From Eledone cirrhosa (lineage: Eukaryota): 64,000 nucleotides of DNA. The stretch spans positions 135,594,001 to 135,658,000 of the forward strand of contig OZ024740.1 in the NCBI GenBank assembly GCA_964016885.1, in the 5' to 3' direction. Shown here one piece after another: positions 11,426 to 22,592 of this stretch (its first letter is position 1; every line of letters begins with the position of its first letter). Made by a program: the position numbers and the translations under genes. The notes under the pieces were generated by a model that saw only the letters and a program-made list of their open reading frames with translations, did no database searches and was not told the DNA's origin.

Positions 11426-14116
11426 TTTAACAGGGTAGATGATTGAAGGTCGTTAGTTGCCAGTGTGGTAAGTGATAGTATCCTCGTTGGATTATCTTGT
11501 TGACATAGACGTGAGGGAAGGTCCCTCAATCTATTTACCATCTATTTACAATATTCCTTTTATCAGGTCGCCAATTCCAGCAGCATGGGTTATATATGTT
11601 ATTGAGACACGAGTAACATAATAATGATTTCAACAGCAGTAATTAGAGATGAAATGTTTGTTTATTTTTGATGTAGTACAAACAATGTTTGTTAACTAAA
11701 AAGAGGTTACAAAAGGGAATGTGCCATTGCGCCGTTAAGCCGGCGAGGCTAGGGTGCAAATCTCACCGTTACATTATGCGTGTTGCTGGCTTGAAGTTTG
11801 CGGTACAAGAGAGAGTTTCTTCCTCAGGGCGCGTATGGATACATCCTCTTCTACTGGCGCTGATTGGCTGAACTGAGCCAAATCACGCACAGAGAATGTA
11901 TGTGAGCCCGCGGAATGTAGGTCACTACATCACCTCCGACCAGATTTTCAGCCGAAAATCGATAACGAAGAAACCAAGGACCCACATATTATTGAATCAG
12001 CAAGAACAAATGCTGAAAGAGCACATCAGTGAAAAAATAATTGAGCAGAAAGATTCATGCAAGAACAAAAAATGAGGCGCTACGGGCCGTGTTGAGCCGC
12101 TGTGTCAAATGACCAGTTGTTTTGTTGTTTATACGTGACCGCCAAAGGTCTAACAAAAAACGGATAAAGTCTGACATGGGCGAAGTTGCTATTCTTGCAT
12201 TAAATGTTAATGGTAAGCGTTGTACCAGTAAGTGTGAACGAAGCTATTATGGTAGTTTACCAGTGCTGGCGAGAAAATGTTGGCCTCCCAGATGTATTGT
12301 CGAATGTGCTGTGGAGCCAGGAAAAAATGGCTGGTTGCTTTGTAAAGAAAAAAAAAAGCAAGTTTAATCTGTAGGTGGGCTGCAGTGTAAATTCCATAAT
12401 TCGGGCGAATCCACAGAAGTGGCTGAAATATTGACAAGTCCAGTTCAATTTGTTGCTTTCCCAGCGAGTCGGGCAAAAACAACAAGACGGATGGCCGTCA
12501 TGGACGATCAGTGTGCAACGAGATACGAAGCTGTTTGAGTTCAGCTGCAATTAGTATTCTCGTGTTGCGATGCCTGTTTGAATCCAGTGGATTAAGCTCT
12601 GTGAGCTGCTAGCATGTGACAGCATCTCAACCAGGTGAAAAGGGACTCGCAGAATATTACGTTTGAAGAACATATACCAAGAACAACATGTTGGTGTGTG
12701 ATAAAAAAAATGTGTGCATATGCAGGCATGTAAAACAGCAAAGAATGTGAATGAACAAAAACCATTAGCAAGCAAATAGCAAAAGAGCACAAAACAAGTA
12801 AATGCATTCTACAAAGAAATATGTGAATGTAAGAAACTGATAATTCAAAGTCAATCTAAGGGAGCAGAGAAATTGCCCAATAAGTTCAAAGTTTTTCAAA
12901 GTCAAATAGTTCACACATCACCAGTGTACAGACACTAGTTCTATCTGAAAACTGAAAAAGAAGTTTGTTGATGCCGTTAGGGGTTAGATGTATGGTGTTT
13001 TTGTGAGATTTCGTGGCCATTTTACCGTCCCGCCACACGGTTGTGTTGCTTATTGTTAAAGCAAAGTCAAAGAATCTTCTGTAGAGTAGGAGTCACCAAA
13101 TATGGCAGCCACGTCTGACGCCATAATGGTGAGAAAACTACTGTCTCAATTTCTTGCGTCCCTGTGGTAACGAGACAGAAGGTATGGTGGTTGCGTCGGT
13201 AAAGTTACAAGCCGTTTTGAAATTTCCGATGTGTGGTGGTTGGCGTCGGTAAGGTTATGAAGCTGCCACTCACTGTTCCCTGTATTGGTCAGTGGTTAAA
13301 CAACGCTGTCGCTGCTGCTGTCGTTGTTGTTGTCAAGTGTAGCCATGACATTTCGGTAGCCATTTTGAAATTTTTTCGTGGCGAAAAAGTTTTCGAAATA
13401 CTGCAAATTTTTCAAAAAAATTTTGAAAGGAATATATTGAATTTTCGCAAGGTGCGAAAAAGGTTGGCAACGTGGCAATAAAAGTTCAACTGAATGAAAA
13501 AGAAGGGCTGCGTTAAATTCTTACGTCGGTCACCACTTTACCAGTATTGGTTATAGAGTAGTCGCCACTTTAACAGGGTAGATTATAGAAGGTCGTTAGT
13601 TGCCAGTGTGGTAAGTGATAGTATCCTCGTTGGATTATCTTGTTGACATAGACGTGAGGGAAGGTCCCTCAATCTATTTACCATCTATTTACAATATTCC
13701 TTTTATCAGGTCGCCAATTCCAGCAGCATGGGTTATATATGTTATTGAGACACGAGTAACATAATAATGATTTCAACAGCAGTAATTAGAGATGAAATGT
13801 TTGTTTATTTTTGATGTAGTACAAACAATGTTTGTTAACTTATATGGTTGAAGTTACAGATAAAAAGAGGTTACAAAAGGGAATGTGCTATTGCGCCGTT
13901 AAGCCGGCGAGGCTAGGGTGCAAATCTCACCGTTACATTATGCGTGTTGCTGGCTTGAAGTTTCCGGTACAAGAGAGAGATTCTTCAAATCTTCGCGGGG
14001 AATTTCTTCCTCAGGGCGCGTAGAGATACATCCTCTTCTACTGGCGCTGATTGGCTGAACTGAGCCAAATCACGCACAGAGAATGTATGTGAGCCCGCGG
14101 AATGTAGGTCACTACA
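11426..14116 (-). mobile_element. Non-autonomous LTR retroelement (Gypsy-like), LTRs 11426-11929 and 13569-14116
   Basis: Two near-identical direct repeats of 504 and 548 bp. 4-bp TSD GTTC at 11422-11425 and 14117-14120; removing the element restores the LINE frame (RQSINELREKLGIRGIRCCL). On the minus strand the LTR starts TGTAGT, PBS-like TGGCGAC follows the 5' LTR, and purine-rich GGTCGGAGGTGA precedes the 3' LTR. No intact internal ORF. Confidence 0.9.
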
Positions 14117-16300
14117 GTTCATTTATGCTTTGCCGTTCACGTATATAACTATTACACATCCAGTCTGCGTATATCCTCTGCACACAATGCCCAAGTCTCA
14201 CTGCCATGTAACATTGCTGTTCGTATGCAGGCATCATACAGCCTGTCTTTCATTTTTAGAGAGAAACCTTTAGCGGCCAATAGTGGTATAAGCTCTCTGA
14301 ACTTTTTCCATACTGTTCTGACTGTAGCTACTGTACTTTCAGAGCACCCTCCCCCACTGCTGATTTTGTTACCCAGGTAACAGAAGCTGTCCACTATTTC
14401 TATAGAACCATCTGTGCAATGGAATGAGCTAGTATTCTGTGGGCACTTGCTGCTACTTATTGCACCTGAGCACCGGCCACATATAAAATCTATATTCTTA
14501 GTTAGCTTACCTGTGATCCCACTACATCTTTTATGCACCCATACTTTGCATTTGGTACATAAAATGGAGTTTTTGTCTACTCCTTCCTACACACTGAGCA
14601 TGGCCATTTCCCAGATGGGACCAGTGCCCTATTTTCCTTCCTACAAACTAGAACTTTAGTCTTAGACAGGTTAATTTTAAGGCCTTTTGATTCTAGGCCA
14701 TGCTTCCATGTTTGGAATTTCTTCTCTAGTTCAGCTATTGATTCAGCTATGAGTGTTAGATCATCTGCATATAGGAGTTCCTATGGGCAGCCGGTCTTGA
14801 ACTCCTCTGTTATAGCCTGAAGGGCAATAATAAATAGGAGGGGGCTAAGGATGGAGCCCTGATGAACACCAACTTTTACGCTAAACTCTTCACTATATTC
14901 GTTGTTAATTCTAACCTTGCTGACTGTTTCTTTATACATGGCTTGTATAGCTCTCACGAGCCATTCATCAACACCTAGTTTTGTAAGAGCCCACCAAATA
15001 ATGGAGCGGGGGACTCTGTCAAAAGCTTTCTCCAAGTCAACAAAAGCTAAGTATAGGGGTTTACTTTTAGCTAGGTACTTTTCCTGTAGTTGCCGTACAA
15101 TGAAAAGAGCGTCTGTGGTACTTTTACCTGACACAAACCCGAACTGCATTTCATCTAGATTAATTCGCTCTCTGATTAGTTGCGCTATTACTTTTTCTGT
15201 GACTTTCATGACCTGGTCAATTAATTTAATGCCTCTATAGTTACCCCTATCTAGGGCATCTCCTTTACCCTTGTAGCAGTTAATGATGATGCTGCTACGC
15301 CAGTCCTTCGGAACGACTCCATTCTGAATGACTTGGTTTACTATCCGGGTGACCATAGTGTGTCCCACCGTTCTAGATGCTTTCAGCATTTCAGCAACTA
15401 TTTCCGAAGGCCCAGCCACCTTGCTTGTCTTCATATCTTTGATCGCCTTACTTATTATACTACTTTCAACTTGCACTGCTGGTTTCTCTATTGGATCGAT
15501 GTGGGGGAAACTGTCTTTTTCCCATTTATTCTCCTCATTTAGTAGCCTTTCGTAGTGACACTTCCAAGCTACCTTCTTATCAGCGTCAGTGACGGCAAGT
15601 ACACCATCATCATTAAGGACACACTTCTCCCCGACAATATCACGGTTTTCCTTGACACATTGCCTAGCAATCCTGGACACCTCACGTTTTGGGTCCTCGC
15701 GTTGTAGAACATGCTTGAACTCTCTTTCCTCTGCTTCCCTTCTTGCAAAGTACACTTGTCTCCTAGCTTCCCTCCTGGCCACTTGATAGTCTTCTCTACT
15801 TCCCCCATCCCGCCATACTTTCCAAGCCTGCTTTTTGGCCTTGATTGACTCCTCCACCTTACTATTCCACCACCAAGTTACTCTCCTCCTGGCTATAGGT
15901 CTGCTCCAGCCACAGATCTCATCTGTCGCCTTCAGCAGGTTAGCTTTCAGGAATCCCCAGTTTTTCTATATTGTACGACTCTAATTGCTCTTCCTTACTA
16001 TCAAAAGCATCAAGTAATATGCTTTTAAATTTATTACTGGCTGTGGGGTCCTTTAGCTTCCATATTTTTCTCCTGAGGATAGTCCTCCTCTGTTGTCGAG
16101 TACATCTTGTCCTGACTATGAGGTTGCTAATTATGAGTCTATGTTGAGAGGTGCATTCTTCACGGGGGAGGGATTTAGTGTTTACAACAGACACTCTATC
16201 ACGTCTTCTGGTAAGGATAAAATCGATCTGGCTGGTGTGTTCCCCTGATCTATAGGTGATCAAGTGATTGTCTCGTTTTTTGAAGTTAGTGTTACAGATA

Positions 16301-16339
16301 TATTTCTTTATTAGCCACAGGAGCACAAAAGAAGGGGAC
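16301..16339 (-). mobile_element. 39-bp 5'-truncated retroposon 3' end with 13-bp TSD
   Basis: AGTGTTACAGATA is duplicated at 16288-16300 and 16340-16352. The insert reads TGTCCCCTTCTTTTGTGCTCCTGTGGCTAATAAAGAAATA on the minus strand (first T shared with the TSD) and frameshifts the host endonuclease. Confidence 0.8.
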
Positions 16340-16934
16340 AGTGTTACAGATAGTTAGGTTATTTGCGTCACAGAATTCCAGGATTCTGGAGCCTTCCTCA
16401 TTTCTAGTACCAAACCCATAGCTTCCATGGATTCCGTCATAGCCATCACAATGTTGTCCAACGTGACCATTTAGGTCACCAGCGATAATTATGTAGTCAC
16501 TGTCGGTTATTTGGGAGGTAGTGAGCATTAACGACTCATAGAATGGGGGGGGGGGTATGTCAGCCATCCGTGACCGAGATAAAGAGGAGGAGTCCTTGCA
16601 TTCTCGTCTGACAGCATGAGGTGAATTAGTCTTTATCTTTGGCATTGTCACTGAGTATCCAGATTTTTTTCTTTTCAAACTCTCCAGAATTTCGTAGTCC
16701 ATCCATCATATCGAAAGGCAACCAGGTCTAAACTTAAGAAGTGATAGCATAGGCCGCTGACTTATGATTGGTCCACGTAATAATGGTGGTGAGTGGGGGC
16801 AGGTGGGAGGGATATGGGGTAGTTAGCGAGAAGGTTTAAATAAAATCCTCGAATTTGATGTAAATGCTAAAGGGTTAACTGCTAATAGTTTTTGTAATTA
16901 TTATTATCATGCTTTGACGTATAGAGTTATGGCC

Positions 16935-17063
16935 CTTGCCATTCTGAGTTCAAATCCCGCCGAGGTTAACTTTGCCTTTCATCCTTACGGGGTCGATAAA
17001 ATAAAGTACCAGTAATGCACTGGGTAATTGTTGGCCTTGTGCCAAAAGTATAAACAATTATTA
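16935..17063 (+). mobile_element. SINE family A, partial
   Basis: Nearly identical to 7468-7587. Confidence 0.8.
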
Positions 17064-17578
17064 TCATGTTTTTTGGTGTTCTATGATATGTACAGCATGC
17101 AAGGACAGACCGAAGTACTGCTTCTACAACCATTGCAACAGCTGGTTGGTAGAAGTTCATAGCATGACATATTCCTAGCTTTTAAGTTGAAGCTATAGAG
17201 CACCTAGTCAGTATTGGCTAGCCGTTGACCCTTCTGAATTCATCTGCACTTTCGACAGGTTTTGTTTTTCATCCCATACAGTGTCAAACATCACCCTCCT
17301 TACAAAGCAAGCTTGGCAGAGTTGCCAATTTAGTTGCTGATGGCCTACCATACATTTGCTGTATTGGTATATGTAATTATCCATAGTTGACCTCTAGTTA
17401 TTTGATATCTGACCTAGTATTTATTTTTGTATCAGATTTTTATATATTACACATATAAAAGTATATTATAAAAACATATATCAACATATATTGCTGACCC
17501 ACATTTTTTTTTATAAACTGTTTAGCCAAATCTTATTTTTTTCTTTCCTGCCTATTCTCTTGTTTGCATTTTATTTAG

Positions 17579-17680
17579 GTTCAGGCAACACATCCCTATA
17601 CACAAGCAGACTCTGATGAACTATCATTTGAAGCTAATGATATTATTGATGTTATTGAACCTGATAATCCTGAAGAAATG
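17579..17680 (+). CDS. Amph: Amphiphysin/BIN1-like exon, SH3 core ([34 protein letters not shown])
   Basis: Long polypyrimidine tract plus ttttatttag acceptor and gtaagg donor; 102 nt = 34 codons. Has the SH3 'DELSF..DII.V' motif and the acidic n-Src loop insertion typical of amphiphysins. Confidence 0.9.
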
Positions 17681-18063
17681 GTAAGGAAACATTGATGTTC
17701 TGTTATGTTTTTCATCAGTATATCAGATATTCTACTGTATTTGTTGTTCACACTAACAACACAGTTCCTGCCTACCAGCTACTAAATATCTTAGGTTTTG
17801 CTTTATTTACTTTTCTACTATTCCACTCTTCAAATTTTGAACTTCTTCAACTAATTCAACATATAAATATTTCATAGAACTTTTATGGGATTTTCTGAAG
17901 TATTCAGGGTTTTCCCTTAATTTTAGGTGTTAAAGTTCTCTATTTTCTGAGGTTTAACTTAATGTAAATTGGGTGAATAATAATTAGAAACTAATGATAG
18001 CAGAATGAAGCAAATTTAACTTTATTTCTAATATATTATTATTTCTATTTTTTTTATTTGCAG

Positions 18064-18150
18064 GATGATGGCTGGTTAATGGGAATTAAAAAACCGGATG
18101 GTACACAAGGAGTTTTTCCTGCCAATTTTACTAAAAAACTGCTTGGTTGA
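18064..18150 (+). CDS. Amph: Terminal coding exon of amphiphysin/BIN1-like gene ([28 protein letters not shown])
   Basis: Acceptor ttttatttgcag. 'GWLMG...GVFPANFT' is the C-terminal SH3 signature of invertebrate amphiphysin. TGA at 18148-18150. Confidence 0.9.
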   Translation, partial: DDGWLMGIKKPDGTQGVFPANFTKKLLG

Positions 18151-20200
18151 TAAACCAAAGATTACTACTTAGCTATTGTTATTATTGTTGTCAATACTGT
18201 TGTCTCCCAGTAAGCCCAGGTGACTTCTGTTTTTACCTTGAATTGATTGCTATTTAACCAAGATGCAAGTCACCAAACTTTGCATCGCTCCCTTCCCTCA
18301 TAGATTTGATCAGTTGTCCTTGTGGATTAAAAACAAAAAAGATAACTTTGTTAATAAAACATCAAAGATGGTCTATCTCAAGGTAAATCAGAGCTTGTTT
18401 GTTAAATGACAGGACAGATTTTTTCTTGCTATGCTATAGCTGGTTCATAAGCAACAAATAGAAATCAACTGGTAATACCTGATAGGTGTACAAGGGGAGA
18501 TGAAAATAATACAATGGAAGCAACCAGTTAATCCTACAAAGAAAACATTTAAATGGTGTTCAAATTTGGCTATATGGTATTAAAATAAAGGACTGATTGT
18601 CCTATTTATGTTGCAGCTTCTCTCATCTTCCTTCCCATTTAATTTTCAATCTGTTGTTCTGTAATGATTTCAGTTGACATTTTGTCTTCAAATTTCAGCA
18701 AGAACAGTTTCATTTTGTTTGCCTGGTTAGTTTACTCAACATCGGTTAACAAATAAAATTATTTATAATTGCTCTGCAATAATATTAATTAGCTTTATTG
18801 TTCTCTGTAAGATTACATGCATGGAATTTAATTAATCTTTGATTAATTAGTTGCTATGTTTTTGAGTTTGCAAGAACACATATTGTAACTTGTATAGCAT
18901 TTAATTGGTTTTTATTTTCATCATCAGATGAATGTGACTTGGTGTTTGGTTAGCATAAAAATTAGAGCTCAGTTTATTCGTCTTTTGTTATTGTCAGAGT
19001 ATGTTTTAACGTATTTTTGACTGTCAAGGAATGATTTAATGATTGAATTTGTGAACATATTTGTGTTTTATGGTTTAATGAAATGAATCCAACCCAGAAG
19101 CAGTTATCTATTAGATGCCTTAATTATTTAATGAGACAAGTAGTTAAACCAGTAACAGAACAGTTATTTCATTAGTAACTTGTTTGATTTCTGTATATTT
19201 GTAAGTATAATGTGTCTGTATGAGTGCATAGATATGCAATTGTGAGCTAGCAGTGGTGCTAATATTTTTAACTTCAACTATACCCAGCTCTACAATGAGA
19301 TAAAATATTTTCCAGAAATGATAAATATCTGCATAATAATAATAATAATAATACAGTCTTCCATACAATTTGAATTTCTTGTTCCACCAATTTTTATTTT
19401 TTTATAGCGTCAACCTTTGACATAGTATAACATTACTAATTCCAAGCAGATTGCCACCCAACACTTGTGGGATTTTAATTTTGTAGCATGTTTTCATATT
19501 TCAATTCCATCTCTCAGAGAACTTATGTAGCTAAGCAAAAGATCTGTCTCGGTTGAGATAGCACTTTCCTTTTGCTTGCTCTAGACTCTGTTGTTTACTA
19601 TGTAAAGCATGTAAACATTACCAGTCTGTGATTTCCAACACCACCCCTCATTTTACAATTGAGCAATGCAGCTATTTTACTGGAATTTATACCAGGTCCA
19701 ACATTGATTTCATACTATCTAACTACTAGTCTATATATTTCTGGTAGTTTCTGTTCTATGTCACTGTCTTGTTTGTTTGTTTTTTGTTCTTTTTTTTTTT
19801 TTTTTTTTTTTTTAGAATATTATGCTGAAGGATCATTTTCAAGTTTGATCCAGAAGCATAAGAGAAATATTTTAATTTTTTAAATATAAAATATCCATTA
19901 TTGAGTCTCTCTTGATTACCTCTTATATATGTTTATATGTGTTTGTATGCATTTGTGTGAGTGTGAATATGTCTACTGTTTTCTGGTTATTTGTATGTAT
20001 GTATGTTATTTGTATGTATGATTGTGTGTAGTTCGAAATTTTTGAAATGTAAGGTATGCCTTTTTATTTTAAAAAAATTAAAAGTATATTTTACATTTCA
20101 GAGTACTATAATTTAATTTTATATGTGTGTCTGTGTGTGATTCTCTTTAAAGTAAACTATTTTTGTGTCATTTATTGCTTAAAAAAAAACATTCATCTTA
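18151..20200 (+). other. Probable long 3' UTR of the amphiphysin-like gene (end uncertain)
   Basis: About 2 kb of T-rich sequence with no recognisable transposon follows the stop codon. Several AATAAA (near 18353, 18584, 18752). The true poly(A) site cannot be determined. Confidence 0.4.
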
Positions 20201-20329
20201 AAAGTTGGAGAAGAAACAAGCCTGTTTTACTTTGAACTTTAAACTAATGGTCTCCCTCCCTCTCTCTGTATTTCTTGATATTGGTTTAGAAGACACTTAA
20301 TGTGAAATACAGGCTTTATTCTATATTTA

Positions 20330-21090
20330 TCATTGTGGCTGAATTGGAAGAGCACAGGACAAAATCCCTTGTGGTATATAGTTACATCCCTTTATATTTT
20401 GATTTCAAATCCCACAAGGGGTCGATTTTACCTTTCATTCATCCTTTCGGAGTTAAAAAAAAGACCAATGTTGTATTGGGGTCAATTGAATCCACTCTTT
20501 CTGTCTCCTAAAATGTGTGGCTTTCACTGTGCCTCTGTTAGAAATTATTGTAATTGTGGTGTTGATGGTTGATCTATAGTACAATGATCTGTGTTGTCAG
20601 TGAACTAAGTTTTCACTCTGCTTTGGTTGCCTATTGACTCCAAATATTTAGTTTGCATAAATTTTAATTTTCCCCACTTTTGTATATTTAAGACAAGATA
20701 CCCCTTTGCCAAATAAAGAAACTATTATTGTTATTATTAGGGAGGTGAATTGGTAGAATTTTTAGAGTGCCAGATAAAATACTTTGCTGTCAATTTTGTC
20801 TTTCATCCTTCTGGAGTCAATAAAATAAAGTACCAGTCAAGTACTGGGGTCGATATAACCAATTTTCTCCTTCTCCTAAGTTGCTGACTTTGTACCAATG
20901 CTAGAAAGAATTATCGGAATTTAGTTATAATTTTCTACATTCTGAGTTCAAATCCTACTAAGGTCAATTTTGCCTTTCATCCCTGCAGGGTTGGTAAAAT
21001 AAAGTATCAGTTAAGAACTGGGGTCAATATAATCGACTTTCTCCTTCCCCCAAATTGCTGGCCTTGTGCTAATGTTAGAAAGAATTATTT
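20330..21090 (+). mobile_element. Cluster of three degenerate SINE family A copies (~20330-20550, 20740-20915, 20935-21090)
   Basis: Shared motifs CTTTCATCC..GG.GTC.ATAAAATAAAGTACCAGT...CTGGGGTC.AT...TTGCTG.C.TTGT.C.AATG.TAGAAAGAATTAT. Confidence 0.75.
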
Positions 21091-21179
21091 TTTTAGGCTC
21101 TTGTTATTTTAGAGACTTCTCCTATTTGTCTATTAGGAGCATAATCAAAATAACACTATCATCTATTATGCCTAGAACT

Positions 21180-21432
21180 TTAGACATGCCTCTATAATTA
21201 CTGATGCAACTACTGCCTATAGCAACTAAAATCTGATGAAATTTGGGAAGCATTTACATATTTTCTCAGCCTGCTAGAAATAGCAACTAAATTTCCCTCA
21301 AATCACATTACCATCTGAAAAAAAAATGTAGTACTAGATATATACAGAAAGACAAGATAGTTGTGGCTGAAACATCTTTAATTATAAGGTTTGTATAATC
21401 AAGGCTGACTTGGAGCTAAACAACAACAGCAA
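21180..21432 (+). mobile_element. Degenerate SINE-like repeat with (CAA)n tail
   Basis: Ends GGCTGACTTGGAGCTAAACAACAACAGC; recognised by pattern only. Confidence 0.4.
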
Positions 21433-22426
21433 ACTATAGAAGATTTTCTGCTATTTAACTGGCAGTGAATCCATTGAAAACAGTAGCTAGAGTGTAAATG
21501 GAGATGGAAAAAGTTTAAGGATATTATGCCTATGTTAACAACTGAAACAATGAAGTGCCAAACTAAATATCTCGTGGTATTTAGTTATGTCCTTCTGAGT
21601 TGAAATCACACCAAGGTTGATTTTTGCCTTTTAGAGAGGCTTGTGGTGGTGGGGGTCGATAAAGTAATTATTAGTAATACACTAAGTTTGATTCAGTTGA
21701 CTATATAAATAGGAACCTCTCTATTATAATGTGTGTGTGTATATATATATATGCTGTAACCTGAATGGACAACATCTCTTCAACTGCAGGCATATAAAAA
21801 ATCCCCAAACAAAAACATTGTTTACATATTCAGCACCTGTCTGATGACAACACATTAAATGACTATTACATAATGAGATTTTAATGCCTTTGAAATGTAC
21901 ATAATGGGTGTGATGTAAGACGGTAAACTGAAGTGGAATATGTAAAACCATCTCTTTTCTTAATATTGATACTATATCTGATACTGTATACTTAATACTT
22001 TTATGGATACCTATGACATGGAATGCTTATGCTTGATTACACCATAATTATACAACATGGATTATTGAGCTGAAACAAACATACACACTCACATGCACAT
22101 TATTATAGAAAGGCTCACTATTTAAACAAATAAAATAGGGATATGTGACTTGTGGTACTTGTATTGTCACTGGTATTGTTTAGTTCTTCAGCAAAATATG
22201 TTACTATACTTGCCCTAATTAAGACATCATTGTTATCATCATCATTTGTATTAGTAGTACTATTACTAATACTACTAAAAGTTCTAACCCAATACCTCAT
22301 TTCAATTAATATTCTAGTTGTGACATGCTTGTTGCATACATACATATATATATCCATATGTGGTTGATGGCTGAGAGAAATGAGTACTCAATACCAAAAT
22401 AGTTTAAATATTCATTTTATAAAGAC

Positions 22427-22556
22427 TAAATAGTGAATCTTGTTACTCTGGAATTTTGCTTGTTTATCACAGGATCATCAGACAAGAACTGTTCTTGTCT
22501 GATGATCCTGTGATAAACAGGCAGACCTCCAAATTAACAAGACTCACTATTTAGCC
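22427..22556. repeat. Long palindrome/foldback with degenerate hammerhead motifs on both arms
   Basis: Perfect 29-bp arms 22461-22489 and 22491-22519 with a 1-nt spacer, extending imperfectly to ~64 bp per arm. Adjacent to (TA)n. Confidence 0.85.
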
Positions 22557-22561
22557 ATAAT

Positions 22562-22592
<31 letters not shown>

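Larger units (their letters stand above)
10766..16543 (-). mobile_element. RTE-clade LINE, 5'-truncated, interrupted by an LTR element and a 39-bp insertion
   Basis: Endonuclease 'IIAGDLNGHVG...GFGTRNEEGSRILEFC...SQIDFIL' (15940-16540). RT 'NYRGIKL...QFGF...AFVDLEKAFDRVPR...GVHQGSILSPLLF' (14781-15857) followed by YADD near 14760-14772. C-terminus 'GRPRKTW' (11150-11350). (ATG)n-type tail at 10766-10780. Confidence 0.92.
10567..16878. mobile_element. Possible piggyBac-like non-autonomous element (TTAA-flanked inverted ends) enclosing the nested LINE/LTR
   Basis: TTAA|CCCTTTAACATTTA at 10567 and TAAATGCTAAAGGG|TTAA ending 16878 are inverted with one mismatch. They could belong to two separate elements. 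Confidence 0.45.

Noticed and set aside
12150-12560. Integrase C-terminal (GPY/F) remnant inside the LTR element
   Set aside because: Only vague resemblance in minus-strand translations and no clear motif; needs a profile search.
14781-15857. 358-aa reverse transcriptase as a functional or novel RT gene
   Set aside because: Ordinary RTE-LINE RT truncated by a stop just before YADD, with frameshifts and two insertions elsewhere in the ORF.
16545-16740. N-terminus of ORF 16292-16702 as the true LINE or a transposase start
   Set aside because: It joins the endonuclease across a poly-G tract and has no recognisable motif; likely a chance fusion at the LINE 5' truncation point.
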